Under the pieces are notes generated by a model. That model saw only the letters and a list, made by a program, of their open reading frames with translations, was not told the DNA's origin and did no database searches. From Mobula hypostoma (lineage: Eukaryota), in assembly GCF_963921235.1 (NCBI RefSeq), contig NC_086121.1, positions 23,932,001 through 23,996,000 on the forward strand: 64,000 nucleotides of DNA, in the 5' to 3' direction. The position numbers were made by a program, and so were the translations under genes. Positions 10,470-23,749 of the stretch are shown here, in pieces. Each line of letters begins with the position of its first letter. The stretch's first letter is position 1.

Positions 10470-12420
10470 TACTTCATTGATCCGAAAGGAAATTACTGTG
10501 TCACAGTAGCATTACGAGTGCACAGATATTAGAAGAGAAGTAAGAAAGAATAAAAATGGGTCACCCCAAACAGTCTAACAGGAGGGGTCATCACTTCCTC
10601 TGCTATAGGTTGACTCATAGAATCTAATGACTGAGGGTAAGAATGACCTCATGTAGCGCTCTTTGGAGCAGCGCAGTTGTCTTAGATATTTACTAAAATT
10701 GCTTTGTTCAGCCAAGGTGGCGTGCAGAGGGTGAGAAACACTATCCAGAATTGCCAGGATTTTCCGTAGGGTCCTTTGTTCTGCCACAGCCTCTAGTGTG
10801 TCCACTTTCACTCCTATAATAGAGCCAGTTTATTGAGCCTGTTGGCGTCACCCATGTTGATGCCATTGCCCCAGCACAGCACCGCATAGAATGATGTACT
10901 GGCGACAACGGACTGGGAGAACATGTGAAGGAGAGGCCTGCATACTCTAAAGGACCTCAGTCTCCTCAGGAAGAAGAGGCAACTCTGGCCCTTTTTGTAC
11001 ACAGTCTCTGTGTTGATGCTCCACTGGAGTCTGTTATCCAAGTGCATTCCAGATACTTCTAGGTCCTCACCACATCCACGTCCTCGCCATCAATAGTAAC
11101 GGAGTAGTGCAGTCTTAGACTTCCTAGAATTCGTCAACATCTCCTTTGTCTTACTGATGTTGAGCTGCAGATGATTCAGCCTGCACTGTTTGACCAAGTC
11201 CTCCACCAGAGCCCTGTATTCATCCTCGTGTCCTCCCTTTATACACCCAGCTATTGCTGAGTCATCAGAGAATTTCTGCAGATGACATGACTCAGTGTTG
11301 CATCTAAAGTCTGAGGTATGCAGGGTAAACAGGAGGGAGCCAATGCAGTCCCCTGTGGGACCCCCGTGCTGTTTATAGCCATATCTGACACACATCTCTG
11401 AAGCACACAAACTGTGGTCTGCCAGTCAGCTAATCCATTGTCCAGGATAAAATGGAAGTGCCAACCTGCATTGAACAGAGCTTTCTTCCCCCCCCCAAGC
11501 AAAGAAGGCCGTGTGGTATTGAGGCACTTGAGAAATCAAACAACATGATCCTCACAGTGCTGCCCTGCTTATCCAAATGGGAGTAGGTTCTGTTCAGCAG
11601 GTAGGTGACAGCATCGTCGACTCCAATGTGCTCCTGGTAGACAAACTGCAGGGGATCGAGGGCTAATTTGACCAGGGGTCGGAGGTGAGCCAGGACCACA
11701 CTCTCTAGGCTCAAGATCTCATGATCTGTGAGGTCAGGGCCACTGGATGGTAGTCATTCAAGACTTTCGGTCGGCCCTTCTTGGGTACTGGACCACACGT
11801 GATGTTTTCCACGCTGTCAGGACCCTTTCCTGGCTGAGACTCAGATTGAAAATGCACTGGAGAACTCCACACAGTCGCTCAGCACACTCCTTCAGGACCT
11901 TGGGGTTCTCACCATCCAGTCCCAATGCTTTGCCGTGTCTGAGTTTCTCACCTGCTCAGTAGTGAAGGTGAGTCCATGATCACTGGGGAGGGGGTTAGTG
12001 GAAGCTGGGGGCTGGGGGAGGTGAAAATCGGGATGATAGCAGTTGGTATGTGGAGGTGTGGATGGTAAATGCAGGGCAAGGAAGGGATGTAGACAGTGGT
12101 AGCCTGTGTTGTTTGTCCACATGTTGAACTGGGGGGGGTGGACGTGGGGGGAGGCATTGGTGCTGAGGGAGTATCGGGTGCCTTGGTACCTGGACTGCTG
12201 TGCTGAGGGGGTGTGAACAGGAGGGAAATTAACTCATTAGCCCATTCATGGCTGCATTGAGACTCTACAACTAGGCTGGTTGAAGCCAATGATGTTCTTT
12301 ATGTCTCTCCACTCTCCACACCTCCCATGAGCTACTCTGCCCAAGCTTGTTCTCCAGCTCTCTCCTCTATTCCTCTTTAGCCACCTTGACCTTCTTCAGC
12401 TCTCTCTGCACATGATTCAA
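10470..12420 (-). mobile_element. Rex1/Babar-type LINE, frameshifted reverse-transcriptase region
   Basis: RT motifs DPLQF.YQ, FDFSSA, GVPQG, LQKFSDDSAI, LQLNISKTKEM and LFFLRRLRSF spread across several frames. Confidence 0.8.
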
Positions 12421-12856
12421 TCCCTCCCTGTCTCCTGATCTAAAGGCTCTCAGTTTGTGGTTGAGAAGAGCCTTTAAATTGATACTTGAGCATCAATTTT
12501 TGTTTTGGTTAAATTTAGCTGGCTTTTGAATGATGGAAGTAGCTTTAGGTTGTTTTATGTTAATATATGCTCCAGTAAGTAATGACTTCATAATGTGTTT
12601 AGAATATTATTTCTGTGGACGTTTCATAATTTTGAAAACATGAAACGTGACGATGGGCAGTTGTGATAATGGTTGGAAAAACTTAAGGAAAAAATAAAGC
12701 AAAAATTAAAATAGAAATTACTTACAGTTTGTGATTTAGGATTCTGTGAAATACTGAAGAAAAATCTAGCGTTGCAGTTGTAAATACATAATTGGAACTT
12801 TGATAATGAAATGACCCTTTATGCACAGCTTAGTTAATTTAAATTTAGTTCATAAG

Positions 12857-14117
12857 CAAGAGAAAGGCTGCAGATGCTGGAGATCCAAAGCAACACACAA
12901 AATGTGTGTTACAAAATGCTGGAGAAACTCAGCAGGCCAGGCAGCTTCTATGGAAATGAATAAATAATCAGTTTTGGGCTAAGACCATTCTTGAGGACTG
13001 GAAAGGATGGGGGAAGACACCAGAATAAAAAGGTGGAGGGAGGGGAAGGAGGATAAATAGAATGTGATGGGTGAAGCCAGATGGGGAGGAAAGGTAAAAA
13101 GCTGGAGAGGAAGGAGTCAGGTGGGAGAAGAGGGTGGATCATAGGAGGAGGGGACCCAGGGGGAAGTGATAGGCATCTGAGAAGCAGTAAGAGATCAGAG
13201 TGGGGAATAGAAGAAGGGGGAGGGGAGTAATTTTTTTTCGCAGAAGGAGAAATCGATACTCATTCTGTCAGTTTGGATGCTACCCAGACAAAACATAAGG
13301 TGTTGCTCCTCGATATGAGGGTGGCCTCATCGTGGCACAAGTTGAGCCATGGACCAAAATGTCAGAACAGGAATGGGAATTAAAGATGTTTGGCCACCGG
13401 GAAGTTCCACATTTGGCGGATGGAGTGGAGGTGCTCGACAGAGCGGTCGCCCAATTTACGATGGGTTTCACCAATGAGGAGGAGGCCGCATCGGGAGCAC
13501 AGGAGACAATAGACGAACCCAGCAGATTTGCAGGTGAAGTGTTGCCTCACCTGGAAGGACTGTTTGGGAACTTGATTGGAGGAGATGGACAGTTGTAGCA
13601 CTTTAGCCACTTGCAGAGATTAGTGCCGGGAGGGAGATTAGTGAGGATGGACGAATGGACAAAGGAATCACAGAGGGAGTGATCCTCGCAGAAAGCAGGG
13701 TGGGGTGGGGGAGGTAGGATCCCTTTGGAGATGGAGGAAGTTGCAGAGAATAATTTATTGGGTGCAGAGGCCAATGGGGTGTTAGGTGAAGACAAGAAGA
13801 ACTCTATTACTATTAAGGCGGCTGGAAGAGTGTGTGAGCATGGATGTGTGGGAAATGGAGGAGATATGTGTGGAGGAAGGGAGGCCCATTCTTTGAAGGA
13901 AGATGACATCTCTGATGTCCTGGAGAGGAAAGCTGCGTCCTGGGAATTGATGTGGTGGACACAATAGCAAGGGAATAGCATTTTTATAGGTGACAGGATG
14001 GGAAGGGGTATCGTCAAAGATTACTGTGCGAACTGGTAGGTTTTAAAAGATGTTGGTTGAAAGCTTGTCTCCAGAGATGGAGACGGACATCAAGAAAGGG
14101 GAGGGAGGTGTCAGAAA
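12857..14117 (-). mobile_element. Penelope-like element 3' portion (GIY-YIG endonuclease remnant and pLTR)
   Basis: FTCKSAGFVYCLLCSRCGLLLIGETHRKLGDRSVEH is a PLE GIY-YIG signature. pLTR at 12857-13000. Confidence 0.8.
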
Positions 14118-15212
14118 TAGTGGCTATGTTTATTTTTGGTGGCTTTTGTGGGCCAAGTAGGCAGCACTGCTATTGAGATAGACTAATGTCAGATAGCCTA
14201 GAAATTATATTGGACTAATAAATAGAGTTCTGAACCATGGGTCCAGGCAGGCAGGCAGGTGCATTTGGGTTCCACCATGGAAAATGGAATTTAGCTTCAA
14301 TGACAAAATAAATCTGCAGATTTAAAAATTGCTAGTTTCAGGGATGGCACCCACAAAAACTACTGGATTGCCGTCCTTGGTCTGCCTTGGGAAACTCAGA
14401 CCCACCAATGTTATTGACTAGCTGCCTCTCGTTCGGGTTCAATTAAACACGGACAATTAAAAAAAAGGTGTGTGTGTTGTATGGAAAATAAAATAAATAT
14501 CCTGTGATTCATTGACCTTAAGCAGAGTGTGAACAAGTTGTTTAATGAGAGATTAGCACAAACCAATGTGACCCTTGTACAGTACTGTGGGTCTTGCAAC
14601 AGTTTCTGAACAGTAAGACCTTCAGCCAGTTTTCCCTTCGTAAATGAAGGCGTGAAGATCTGTCAAGTGAATTGAAAGCAGCCAATTTAATGTTGACTAA
14701 AGATATGATCTGTCTTTGGTTTTCTATGGATTTGTGTAGCATTGAAGGTAAGTTTGATAGCGTAAAATTACTGATCAACCTTTTTTTGTGCAGTTGAACA
14801 GATTAAAAACATACGATAAACTTTTCATATGCTATTGCATTTTCCACCTTGCTCCAAACAGTCAGGAATTACATAAAATATTAGAGGCAAAGGCTTTGAA
14901 CAGAGAAAGTGCAGGAACAACAGAGGATTTTAAAAGAAGTCATGTTGAAGTAGATTATATAAGACCATTGCCCTTAAGGAATTGTAGCTCTTTGTCTTGT
15001 GGTGCACATTGGCTGATAAAAGGATTATGGTATGTACACTGCCATGTATTGTCAGTGTATAAAATGTTGGATCAAGTGGAACTTCTGAAAGAAAAGACAG
15101 TTGAGAGCTGATGCATTGGAACAGGTGGGTGTTAGAGCTGTGTTTTACTTGTTACAGAACAGCTAGAAAGGATAAAAAATTGGGATTAATGGAAATTTGT
15201 TTTTGTTTTCAG

Positions 15213-15299
15213 ATTTTGGAGGCAACATTAATGTTGACACTATTGCCACATTCATTGATGGAGGTGGAAATGTACTGGTCGCTGCGAGCTCAGACATTG
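15213..15299 (+). CDS. DDOST: DDOST exon 3
   Basis: AG/GT bounded. [29 protein letters not shown]. Confidence 0.95.
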
Positions 15300-16845
15300 G
15301 TAAGCATAAGGAATAAATACTACATCTGAAATGATCTTGGTCTGTTAAGTACTTCAACAGTGTAAATTTTCGGCTTGGTTTTTTAAAAAAAAGCCTCTAT
15401 GTACAGTAAACATCATTACCTTGGGATGTTTCAAAGTTTTTGACAGTCATTAAAATACCTTCTGAGGTTTAGGCACTGTTTTAACATATGAAGCGTGTCA
15501 GCCAATTTGTGACAAAAAGGACCCACAAATGGTTTTTAAAAAAATGCTTGCTACTCACTGTTGGTTTTGACAGTGATGCACTTTGTCAGAACCTGTGGTG
15601 GTCAGTGAGATCTTTTATATCTGTTTTTTAATCAACATTTGGATTTAAATCAACATTTTAAATCCAAAGGAAAATATCTCGAACACTCTATCAAGACTGA
15701 TGGTTTGCATTGAATTTGTGGGAATGTGTGTGCATACAGAAAAGGTTGCAGTTTTCCAAAAGATCAATATCTTTCTCAAATTTAAATTTATGAATTTTCA
15801 GGGTAAATGAGCTAAACTAAGGTTATAATCTTGCAAAAGGAAAATTCTGCAGATATGTTAATCTGAAATACGTAAATGCTGGAAATATTTAGAAGCTCAG
15901 AATGCATTTCTGGAGAGGGAAACAGTTGGTGTTTAATGTCAGTTATCTATCACCGGAGCATTTGACTTCTGAAATAAATATTTTAAGGTATAGAAAAAGG
16001 GGAACAGAAAAAGAGATTCTGTTACACAGTGAAGGGAAAATTACAGGACAAAAGGGTATAGTAATGGGTCAAGTAAAGAATTGAAAACATGGAGTAAAAG
16101 AAACAGCTGAAATCTTTGAACTCAGTTTTGCGATCACAAGGCTGTATTGTATTGTGCCCAACAAAAAAAGCATGGTTCTATAAACTTGCGTTAAGTCTAT
16201 TGGAACAGTTTAGAAGGTCAGTGTCAGATAGGGATCTAGTTAGTGGCATGCAGCTGTAAGCTTGGGATTGCACTTATAGACTAATTGAAAGAATTCTGCA
16301 AAATAGTTACTTCAAAAAGGGGAATACCATTTTGAAAAGTGAAAACATACTAATGTGGAAGCACATGTAGGTTACTGTGTGATGTGGATGATGTCTCTGA
16401 CTAGTGAAAAGGGAGGAGATAAAAAGGAATTTATTTCTTTGCTACAATTTTTATGGTAAGTTGCTCTGGGAAGAACTGGGATTGTTGGTGATTTGAAAAG
16501 TGAATCACACTGTCATAGGTCAGAATTAATTCAGATTGCTGAAGGGTGGCCGTGGTGGGAGGAAATGTGTGCTAAGTGATGGCATCTTGCTAATATCACA
16601 GAAATGGCAGACAATATGAAGACTGGTGAAGGGAAAGTAAGAACAAGGTGAATCCTGTAGGGAAGGAGTGGAGATATGGGAACATAATGGACATGGTCAA
16701 GGATGTATCACGGGAAAGGAAAGGATTACAACTTTTGGTTGCTCATTGAATAATGAAGTTGATGGTGTTGTGGAGATTGACCACAGGTAGAATTTTTAAC
16801 TGAATATAATTGGAACTTGGGCTACATCGCTGATAGTGTATTTAA

Positions 16846-16995
<150 letters not shown>

Positions 16996-17158
16996 TAATG
17001 AATAGTAGTGTCTCTCCAGCTAACTTGGTGAGATATCTGCTTGATAATAATAGAGCCCACGCTTGTGGTCATAAATCTTGGACATTTTTAGTGCACGTAT
17101 GCTGAATTTTAGCTGTCAGAATAATGAATGTTACTGCTGAGGAATAGATACACTAGAC

Positions 17159-17237
17159 CTGGGGTTCCTAACCCTTTTATGCCATGGATCAATACCATTA
17201 AGCAAGGGGTCCATGTACCCCAGGTTGGGAACCCCTG
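17159..17237. mobile_element. hAT (Charlie-like) MITE
   Basis: TIRs CTGGGGTTCCTAACC / GGTTGGGAACCCCTG with a perfect 8-bp TSD CACTAGAC (17151-17158 and 17238-17245). Confidence 0.85.
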
Positions 17238-17467
17238 CACTAGACTGTTATAGAGTTAAAACTTGCGACTTTATTTAACACATATTTAAGATGACTTGCA
17301 ATATAATTCTTAAAATCTTAATTTTGGATATTTTTAATTAATGTTCAAACAATGTTCAAAATATTAAATATTGTGAAACAATTCAAGAAATTTACAATGA
17401 AGATAATTTCATTAAGAACATTGTGTTCAGGCATATTGAGTTGATTAATGCTTTGTTGTTTCCAAAG

Positions 17468-17562
17468 CACACCCTGATCATTGCTGACAGTGATCAATTG
17501 CTGAAGGCTCCCACCATTGTGGGGAAGCGGCCAACAAACCCTCTTTTATTCCGAGGAGTTGG
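17468..17562 (+). CDS. DDOST: DDOST exon 5
   Basis: AAG acceptor, GTAAG donor. [32 protein letters not shown]. Confidence 0.95.
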
Positions 17563-18414
17563 GTAAGTACTTTATTCCATTTACACCTTCTGTACAGCAA
17601 ATCTGTAACAGGATCTATAAAACAGTTAGCTGCAAACTTGATCATTAAATACTTACAAATTGTGACTTGCAGCTCCAAATTACTGTACCTTTTAAGAGCT
17701 TAGTGATAAACTTGTGTTGATAAATAACTGGTTAACACTGGAATATCTAATTTTCCATTGGGAGAGACTCGTTTTTTTTTTCAAATTTAATAGTGTCAGG
17801 AATGGTGTCCGTGAACAGCTAATGTTTTCCCTCATCAATTTCAGTATCACACACTACCCAGTTCTTCTAAAGGATCTCTCACACATGAATGTTCAAAATT
17901 GAATACTTTAGCAGGGATTCTTGACAAGAACTTTAGAAAACATTTTAAGGGATTCACATTTGTGTCAGACTTGAGGAAAGATGCCCAGAGGCACGAAGGA
18001 GAGATGGATCTTGAAACTTCTGAAGGTGATTGGAGGGTTTAGGGAAATTAAGTCTTAAGAAACAGCGTGTATGGAGAGATGAGATGACTGAGAGGTCTTT
18101 TAGTAATGGAGTGTGTTGGGAATATATGGTATCTCAGAAGTAGCAGAAAACACATGAAGCATGTGTATAATGTGTTGGAAGTAGATAGGATATAGTACGT
18201 GAACCAGGGATGTAACAAGCAACAGCAACAACTAGGGAGGGGAAAATTCCTCACTTGCAGTTCAGGTGGCTAATATTTGCAAATAAATGAACATCATATG
18301 TTTTGATATATTACAGTAACTTTTCTCTAGAAAACCAATCAGAGTATTTGAATTTAAAACCTATAATAGGAGTAGATTATTCAATTATCCTTGTGGCTAT
18401 ATCTAGGCCCTTAA

Positions 18415-18567
<153 letters not shown>

Positions 18568-19683
18568 TAATCTCTTTCCTTGAAGCCCTAAAGTGCTTAA
18601 AGACAGTTCTATAAGTATCCTGATTCCCTATTCAAGGTACCAATTTTTACATGAGAATAAAATTAAAGTGCGTGAGTATGTTATTTGATCAATAAATCAC
18701 TACCAAGCTTAATTCTAGCATCTTTGGGCCATTTATAAAGGGTCAAAATTAGGGAAGGTAGTTGAATTGTTTCTCTGCTTAAGGCCAAAGTTGAATTATT
18801 TTGCTGCTTGTTTGAGGAAGGCTAACTCGACATACGAGACAGATTGAATGGGATTTAGGTCAAGAGAACTGCAACTTTCCTGCGTTTGGAGGATTTAGAG
18901 GAATGAACTCTAGGGAGATTGTAATTCTGAAAGCATTGAATCCACTGTAAAGTGCAGTAGTATCTGCACTTTGCTTTGTGTTTCAACCTTGGGTTAATTT
19001 CACTGCTCAATAATAAACATAGTGAGTGAAAGTGATGCAAATGTTTTCTGAAACAAATTGTGAGGCACCTTGAAAGTGTAAAGGTGGAGGGGATGTTTCC
19101 TCCCTATGGCACTCTAGAACCAACAGTCTCAAAAACATCGCTCATTTAAGACTGAGCCCGTTTTTTTCCCCCTCACTTGAGGTTTGTCAGTATTTGGAAC
19201 TCTCCTGAAAGGACAGAGAAGACAATTCTTTGGATCTTTTTAAGGCAGAGGTGCATAGGTTCCTAATAAGCACAGGATTGAAAGGTTATCCCAGGTAGAT
19301 TGGAATACAGAGTTGAGATTACAGTCAAATTAGCCATGATTTGAAAGGCAGGGCAAACTCTTAACGGCCAATGGCTTACTCTTGCTCCTACTTTTGTTTT
19401 TGTAATGTATTTGTAGTCTAGATGATGGGAACTAGTGAGATATGTATTAAGTGCTCTGGGTATTCTATCCTAATGCACTATAAAGCAAACTGGGAAGTTT
19501 GTGCACGGTCCAGTTAATCTCCTACTGAGTAAAAAAAAATTTAATGTTTTGGAGTTTATATTTTGAGCAATATTGCAACACCTGTTGTATAAATAAAATG
19601 CAAATTATATTTGCATGCATTTGTATATAAAATAGGGAATGGCTTAGTTATGATAAGCATCTGGATTTTCCACCTTTTGCTAG

Positions 19684-19832
19684 TATCCTCATGCTGTGGG
19701 GAAGAACACCCTGCTGATTGCTGGACTCCAAGCACGGAACAATGCTAGAGCTGTCTTCAGTGGTTCTATCGATTTCTTCAGTGATGCCTTCTTTGAATCT
19801 GCTGTGCAGAAAGCAGTCCCGGGCGCTGAACG
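19684..19832 (+). CDS. DDOST: DDOST exon 7
   Basis: AG/GT bounded. [50 protein letters not shown]. Confidence 0.95.
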
Positions 19833-20473
19833 GTAAGATCAGATATCAAAGGTCATGCAAAGTTTTTGTTTGCTTCTCTGACTACAGTTTATTAATTGTT
19901 TCTAGTTTGCAAAAAGGAAATGGCAAAGGCGTGTTTCTTTTATGTCCATCAGCTGTGCTGCTTGAACCATTGCAGTTCTGCAACTAACAAAATGCTTACA
20001 GTGGCATTTTGTCTAAATTATAACCATTGGCAATGAAGTCTAGTTCTTAACGGATGCTTGGAGATTACATTACTTTCAGGATTTTAATGTTCCTGTTTTG
20101 ATGGTAGAATTCGATGGGAAGAGCAGTGCAGTTGAAAGCTTGCAGTATTCAGTCCTAAAAAAATAGAATGTGCTGCAGTCGCATCACACAAATGATCACT
20201 GAGTTCATGGCAAGGGCAGTAATCTGTGTCGTGTCCTGGTGATTTGATTCTGAGTTTAATTTGTTCTCTCGGTTGCCCTAACTAGGTGGGTGCTGTTTAT
20301 TTCAATGAATTCTGACTGAAGCTTCATACAGTAAAACTGATTATTTTGGCAACCTTGGTATACTGGACAGGCAGATTTCATGGATTATTACATATTTCTT
20401 GTGTTAGTGCCCCAAACTTCATTTATTTACATACATGTTAGAGTAATATAATACCTTTTTCAGTGAACAAAAT

Positions 20474-20602
20474 GAGTTTAAAGAGAGCTTAGAAGTGGAA
20501 CCTGTTAAGTTCAAAGGGAGCACGGAAAACGGGACTCCGGTGAGTTTATAAAGACTGTGGGAAGTCTGGGCTTCAGTGAGTTTAAAGGGAGTGCAGGAAA
20601 CG
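20474..20602 (+). repeat. Degenerate about 35-bp minisatellite (4 units)
   Basis: Recurrent GAGTTTAAAGGGAG...GGAAA units every 33-36 nt. Confidence 0.55.
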
Positions 20603-20661
20603 TTGGTGTGACACGAGTGGAGAGTTGTACAACATTTTTTGCTTGAATTCTTTGAATTCAG

Positions 20662-20809
20662 ATTTCCAAAAACTGGGAATTTTGAACTGGCAATGGCACT
20701 GTCCCGCTGGGTATTCAAAGAGGAAGGAGTTCTCCGTGTTGGAAAGGTGTCTCACCACCCTGTTGGGGAAACCAATCCACCAAATGCCTATACCATAACT
20801 GATCTGGTG
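20662..20809 (+). CDS. DDOST: DDOST exon 8
   Basis: AG/GT bounded. [49 protein letters not shown]. Confidence 0.95.
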
Positions 20810-22541
20810 GTAAGTATTGATGAAAATTTATTAATTATTTAAACATTTTTTTTTCAATGGCTAACTTAGAAATTATATTGAATTAATTGCATGATACGAA
20901 TTTGCAGGTACAAGTGTGGCACACAGAGGGTTCAACATTGCAAGAATTACCCAAGCAAATTCTAATTTTCTTGACTGAATTGGCAAAGGCGATATCGCAC
21001 TTTGCCAGAAAGTTTCCACTCTGCCACTGTGCTGAGTTTATCTTTCTCAGCAGAGTGGCAGTACAATTGAACTCAGTGGCCTTATGCAGAACAACACCGT
21101 GCTTAAAGAATGGGAATTTCAATTGTTAAGAAAGAATTGGGAGAAGTTGAAGAATAAGGTTATAGGAGGTTTGTGTTTGTAGAGAGAGTTGCATTCTAAT
21201 GAGGTTTAGTAGATAAGTAATGCACTATTACTAGGGAGTTTGCAAATTGAGTGAAGTGGAACTTCAAAAGAGATCATGGAGGGATTTGTGGGCGTTAGGA
21301 TTTGCTGAGTTATGCAGCTGTTATTGTAATTTTCTTGCTGTGGACTTTATTGTGGGGAGGCTTGACGTTTGAATTATAGACTTAAGTGCAAAGAGGAAAT
21401 TTTTAAATGATGTAACTGACACCATTTACCCATCCTCTTCAAGAGAGGGGATAAAAAGTTAGTTAAAGTTAGGATTGGGTGATGTCTTCCCGTTTACTTG
21501 GTGAATGTGTTTCAGCGATATCCTTGATGCTGGGACATCGCTGATGGAATTGACACTTACATTTGTGTCAGTGTTCACTTGACTCATCTTCCTCTTTAAG
21601 TTGTGGCAGCTAGAACATAAAACCCGCTTTCCCTCTACCAGTGATGATGTCAATTAACTACTCGAGCATAAAGTCAGCTTGTATTGGAAGTGCTTTCATG
21701 TATGTTTACTCGGTGGGATGGGAGCTAGTTTAAACAGTTGAAGTATTTTAAACAATTTATAAATCTTTCATAATTTCAATTATGGATCTAGTGTGGGGAA
21801 ATGGTTTCATTACAGAGTGGTTTTGAAAAAAGGTTGGCATGGATGTGAGCCAAAAGGTGATTTTCTGTGGTGTAAAATTCAATGCTCTTTGACTTTGTAT
21901 TGTTTCCCTTAAGATGATCTGTTAACACCTATCAATTCCTGCAGTATTTTTGGCTACTTACAGTTTGTATGGGGTCTGTTTAATTTGCTTGCAAATTGAT
22001 ATAATATATTAAAGTTTGCAAACCCAGATTATGCTTTCACTTCCTGAAGGTGTGCCACTCCCACCACTCGAAGATATCATGATATTCCTTGGTTTTCTTT
22101 TGAACTGTTACTTTTAGCCCATCTCTCACTGCCTTCACAGATCAAAGGATTAGTTTCATACTTAGTGACATAATCATATCCTTGGCTCATACTCTGAAAC
22201 TAGAACGGATTTAGTTACAGCACTGTTGTTGTTAGGGAGTTTGGGTAAACTCTACTGTCATTTGTTTAGAATATAGCTTTACATTTTTAAGTGAGTGAAA
22301 ATGGTGTGAGACAAGACCTAAATACTTCATAAAGAAATAGTACTAAGTGATGGAACATTAAAATAAATTATTAGATGCTGATTGAGTTCCTATTTAGGTC
22401 CCTGATTCTTTTATTAATTAAATATTCAATACCTGTTGTTTATTTCATTTTTTTTTGGAGGTCACATTCTGTTATCATTGTGGACTCAGCAGTAATGGTC
22501 CAAGAAATTTGTGATGATGGTAATGTTTTCTTTTGGTACAG

Positions 22542-22662
22542 GAATATAGCATTGTTATTGAAAAACTCTCCAATGGGGAGTGGATCCCATTTGATGGGGA
22601 TGACATTCAACTGGAGTTTGTTCGCATTGATCCCTTTGTTAGAACCTACCTAAAGAAAAATG
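22542..22662 (+). CDS. DDOST: DDOST exon 9
   Basis: AG/GT bounded. [40 protein letters not shown]. Confidence 0.95.
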
Positions 22663-23199
22663 GTAAGTAGAATGACCTAATGTCAGGCAAAGTAACATGT
22701 TTCCATGCCTTTGAATTAAGAATATGATGGGTTATTGGCTGAAATGTGCCAATTTTTTTTCTGTGAGCATTTAATATCTAATTTGAATTGTTCCACCAGG
22801 ATTTGCTGCTGCTCTGATGGGCCTGGGTGAATCATTCAAGAAATTTGGGAGGGGGAGGTTTGTAACCTGAGAATACAAGATGCTGAATGAGTTTCTACGT
22901 TCATAGATTACACTTCCTCGACAAAAATCCTTAAGTATGACAGTTTGGTTAAATTTTACTTGGATTGTTGCATGAGTAGTTAGGAAGCTGGAGTATATTT
23001 ACATTTCTCTAGCAACACCCTCTCTGCACCAAGGAAAACTCATTCCAAGTTAAATGTGGTACTTTTGGAATTCCATCTGGGATTGGGAAATGGCTGTCAT
23101 GATTTATCTTGAAGATAATGGTCACGATAGTTAACACTACCAGTAATCCAGAGACTTGCAAAGCAGTTTGGAAATTCTATAATTAGTGGTGTTTGCTTA

Positions 23200-23480
23200 T
23201 GGAGATACAGAGTGGAATAGGCCCTTCTGGCTCTTTGACCCATGCTGCCGAGCAATTCCCTGATTTAATCCCTGCCTAATCATGGGACACTTTACATTGA
23301 CCAACTAACCTAACAACAGGTACACCTTTGGACTGTGGGAGGAAACTGGAGCACCTGGAGGAAACCCATGCGATCACGGGGAGAATGTACAAACTCCTTA
23401 CAGGCAGCAGTGGGAATTGAACCCGGGTCTCCAGTACTACTGTAAAGCATTATGCTAACGACTATGATATTGTGCTGTGA
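23200..23480 (-). mobile_element. tRNA-derived SINE
   Basis: Reverse B-box GGAATTGAACCCGGGTC and core GGAGAATGTACAAACTCC. Related copies at about 37520-37850 and 61770-62000. Confidence 0.65.
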
Positions 23481-23749
23481 TATTCAAAAAATATCAAAGA
23501 CAGTTTTAATGAGAAGTTAGTTACTTTTGCACTCTGAGGATATATTACTGCAGGAAAATAGAGCTTTCTATTTTGGACTTTAGACACATCAACATAAAGC
23601 TCTTGATCTTCTGAATAGCTGTCTCTTTTTATGTAAAAAGGTTCCTGTTGTCCATCTCTGGTGAAGAGTTGTAATTTTAAGTTGCCTCTTTTCTAAAAGA
23701 TGGGACAATGCATGAAGAGTTTCTTTAAAGCAAAAGGAAATAGGGAAAG

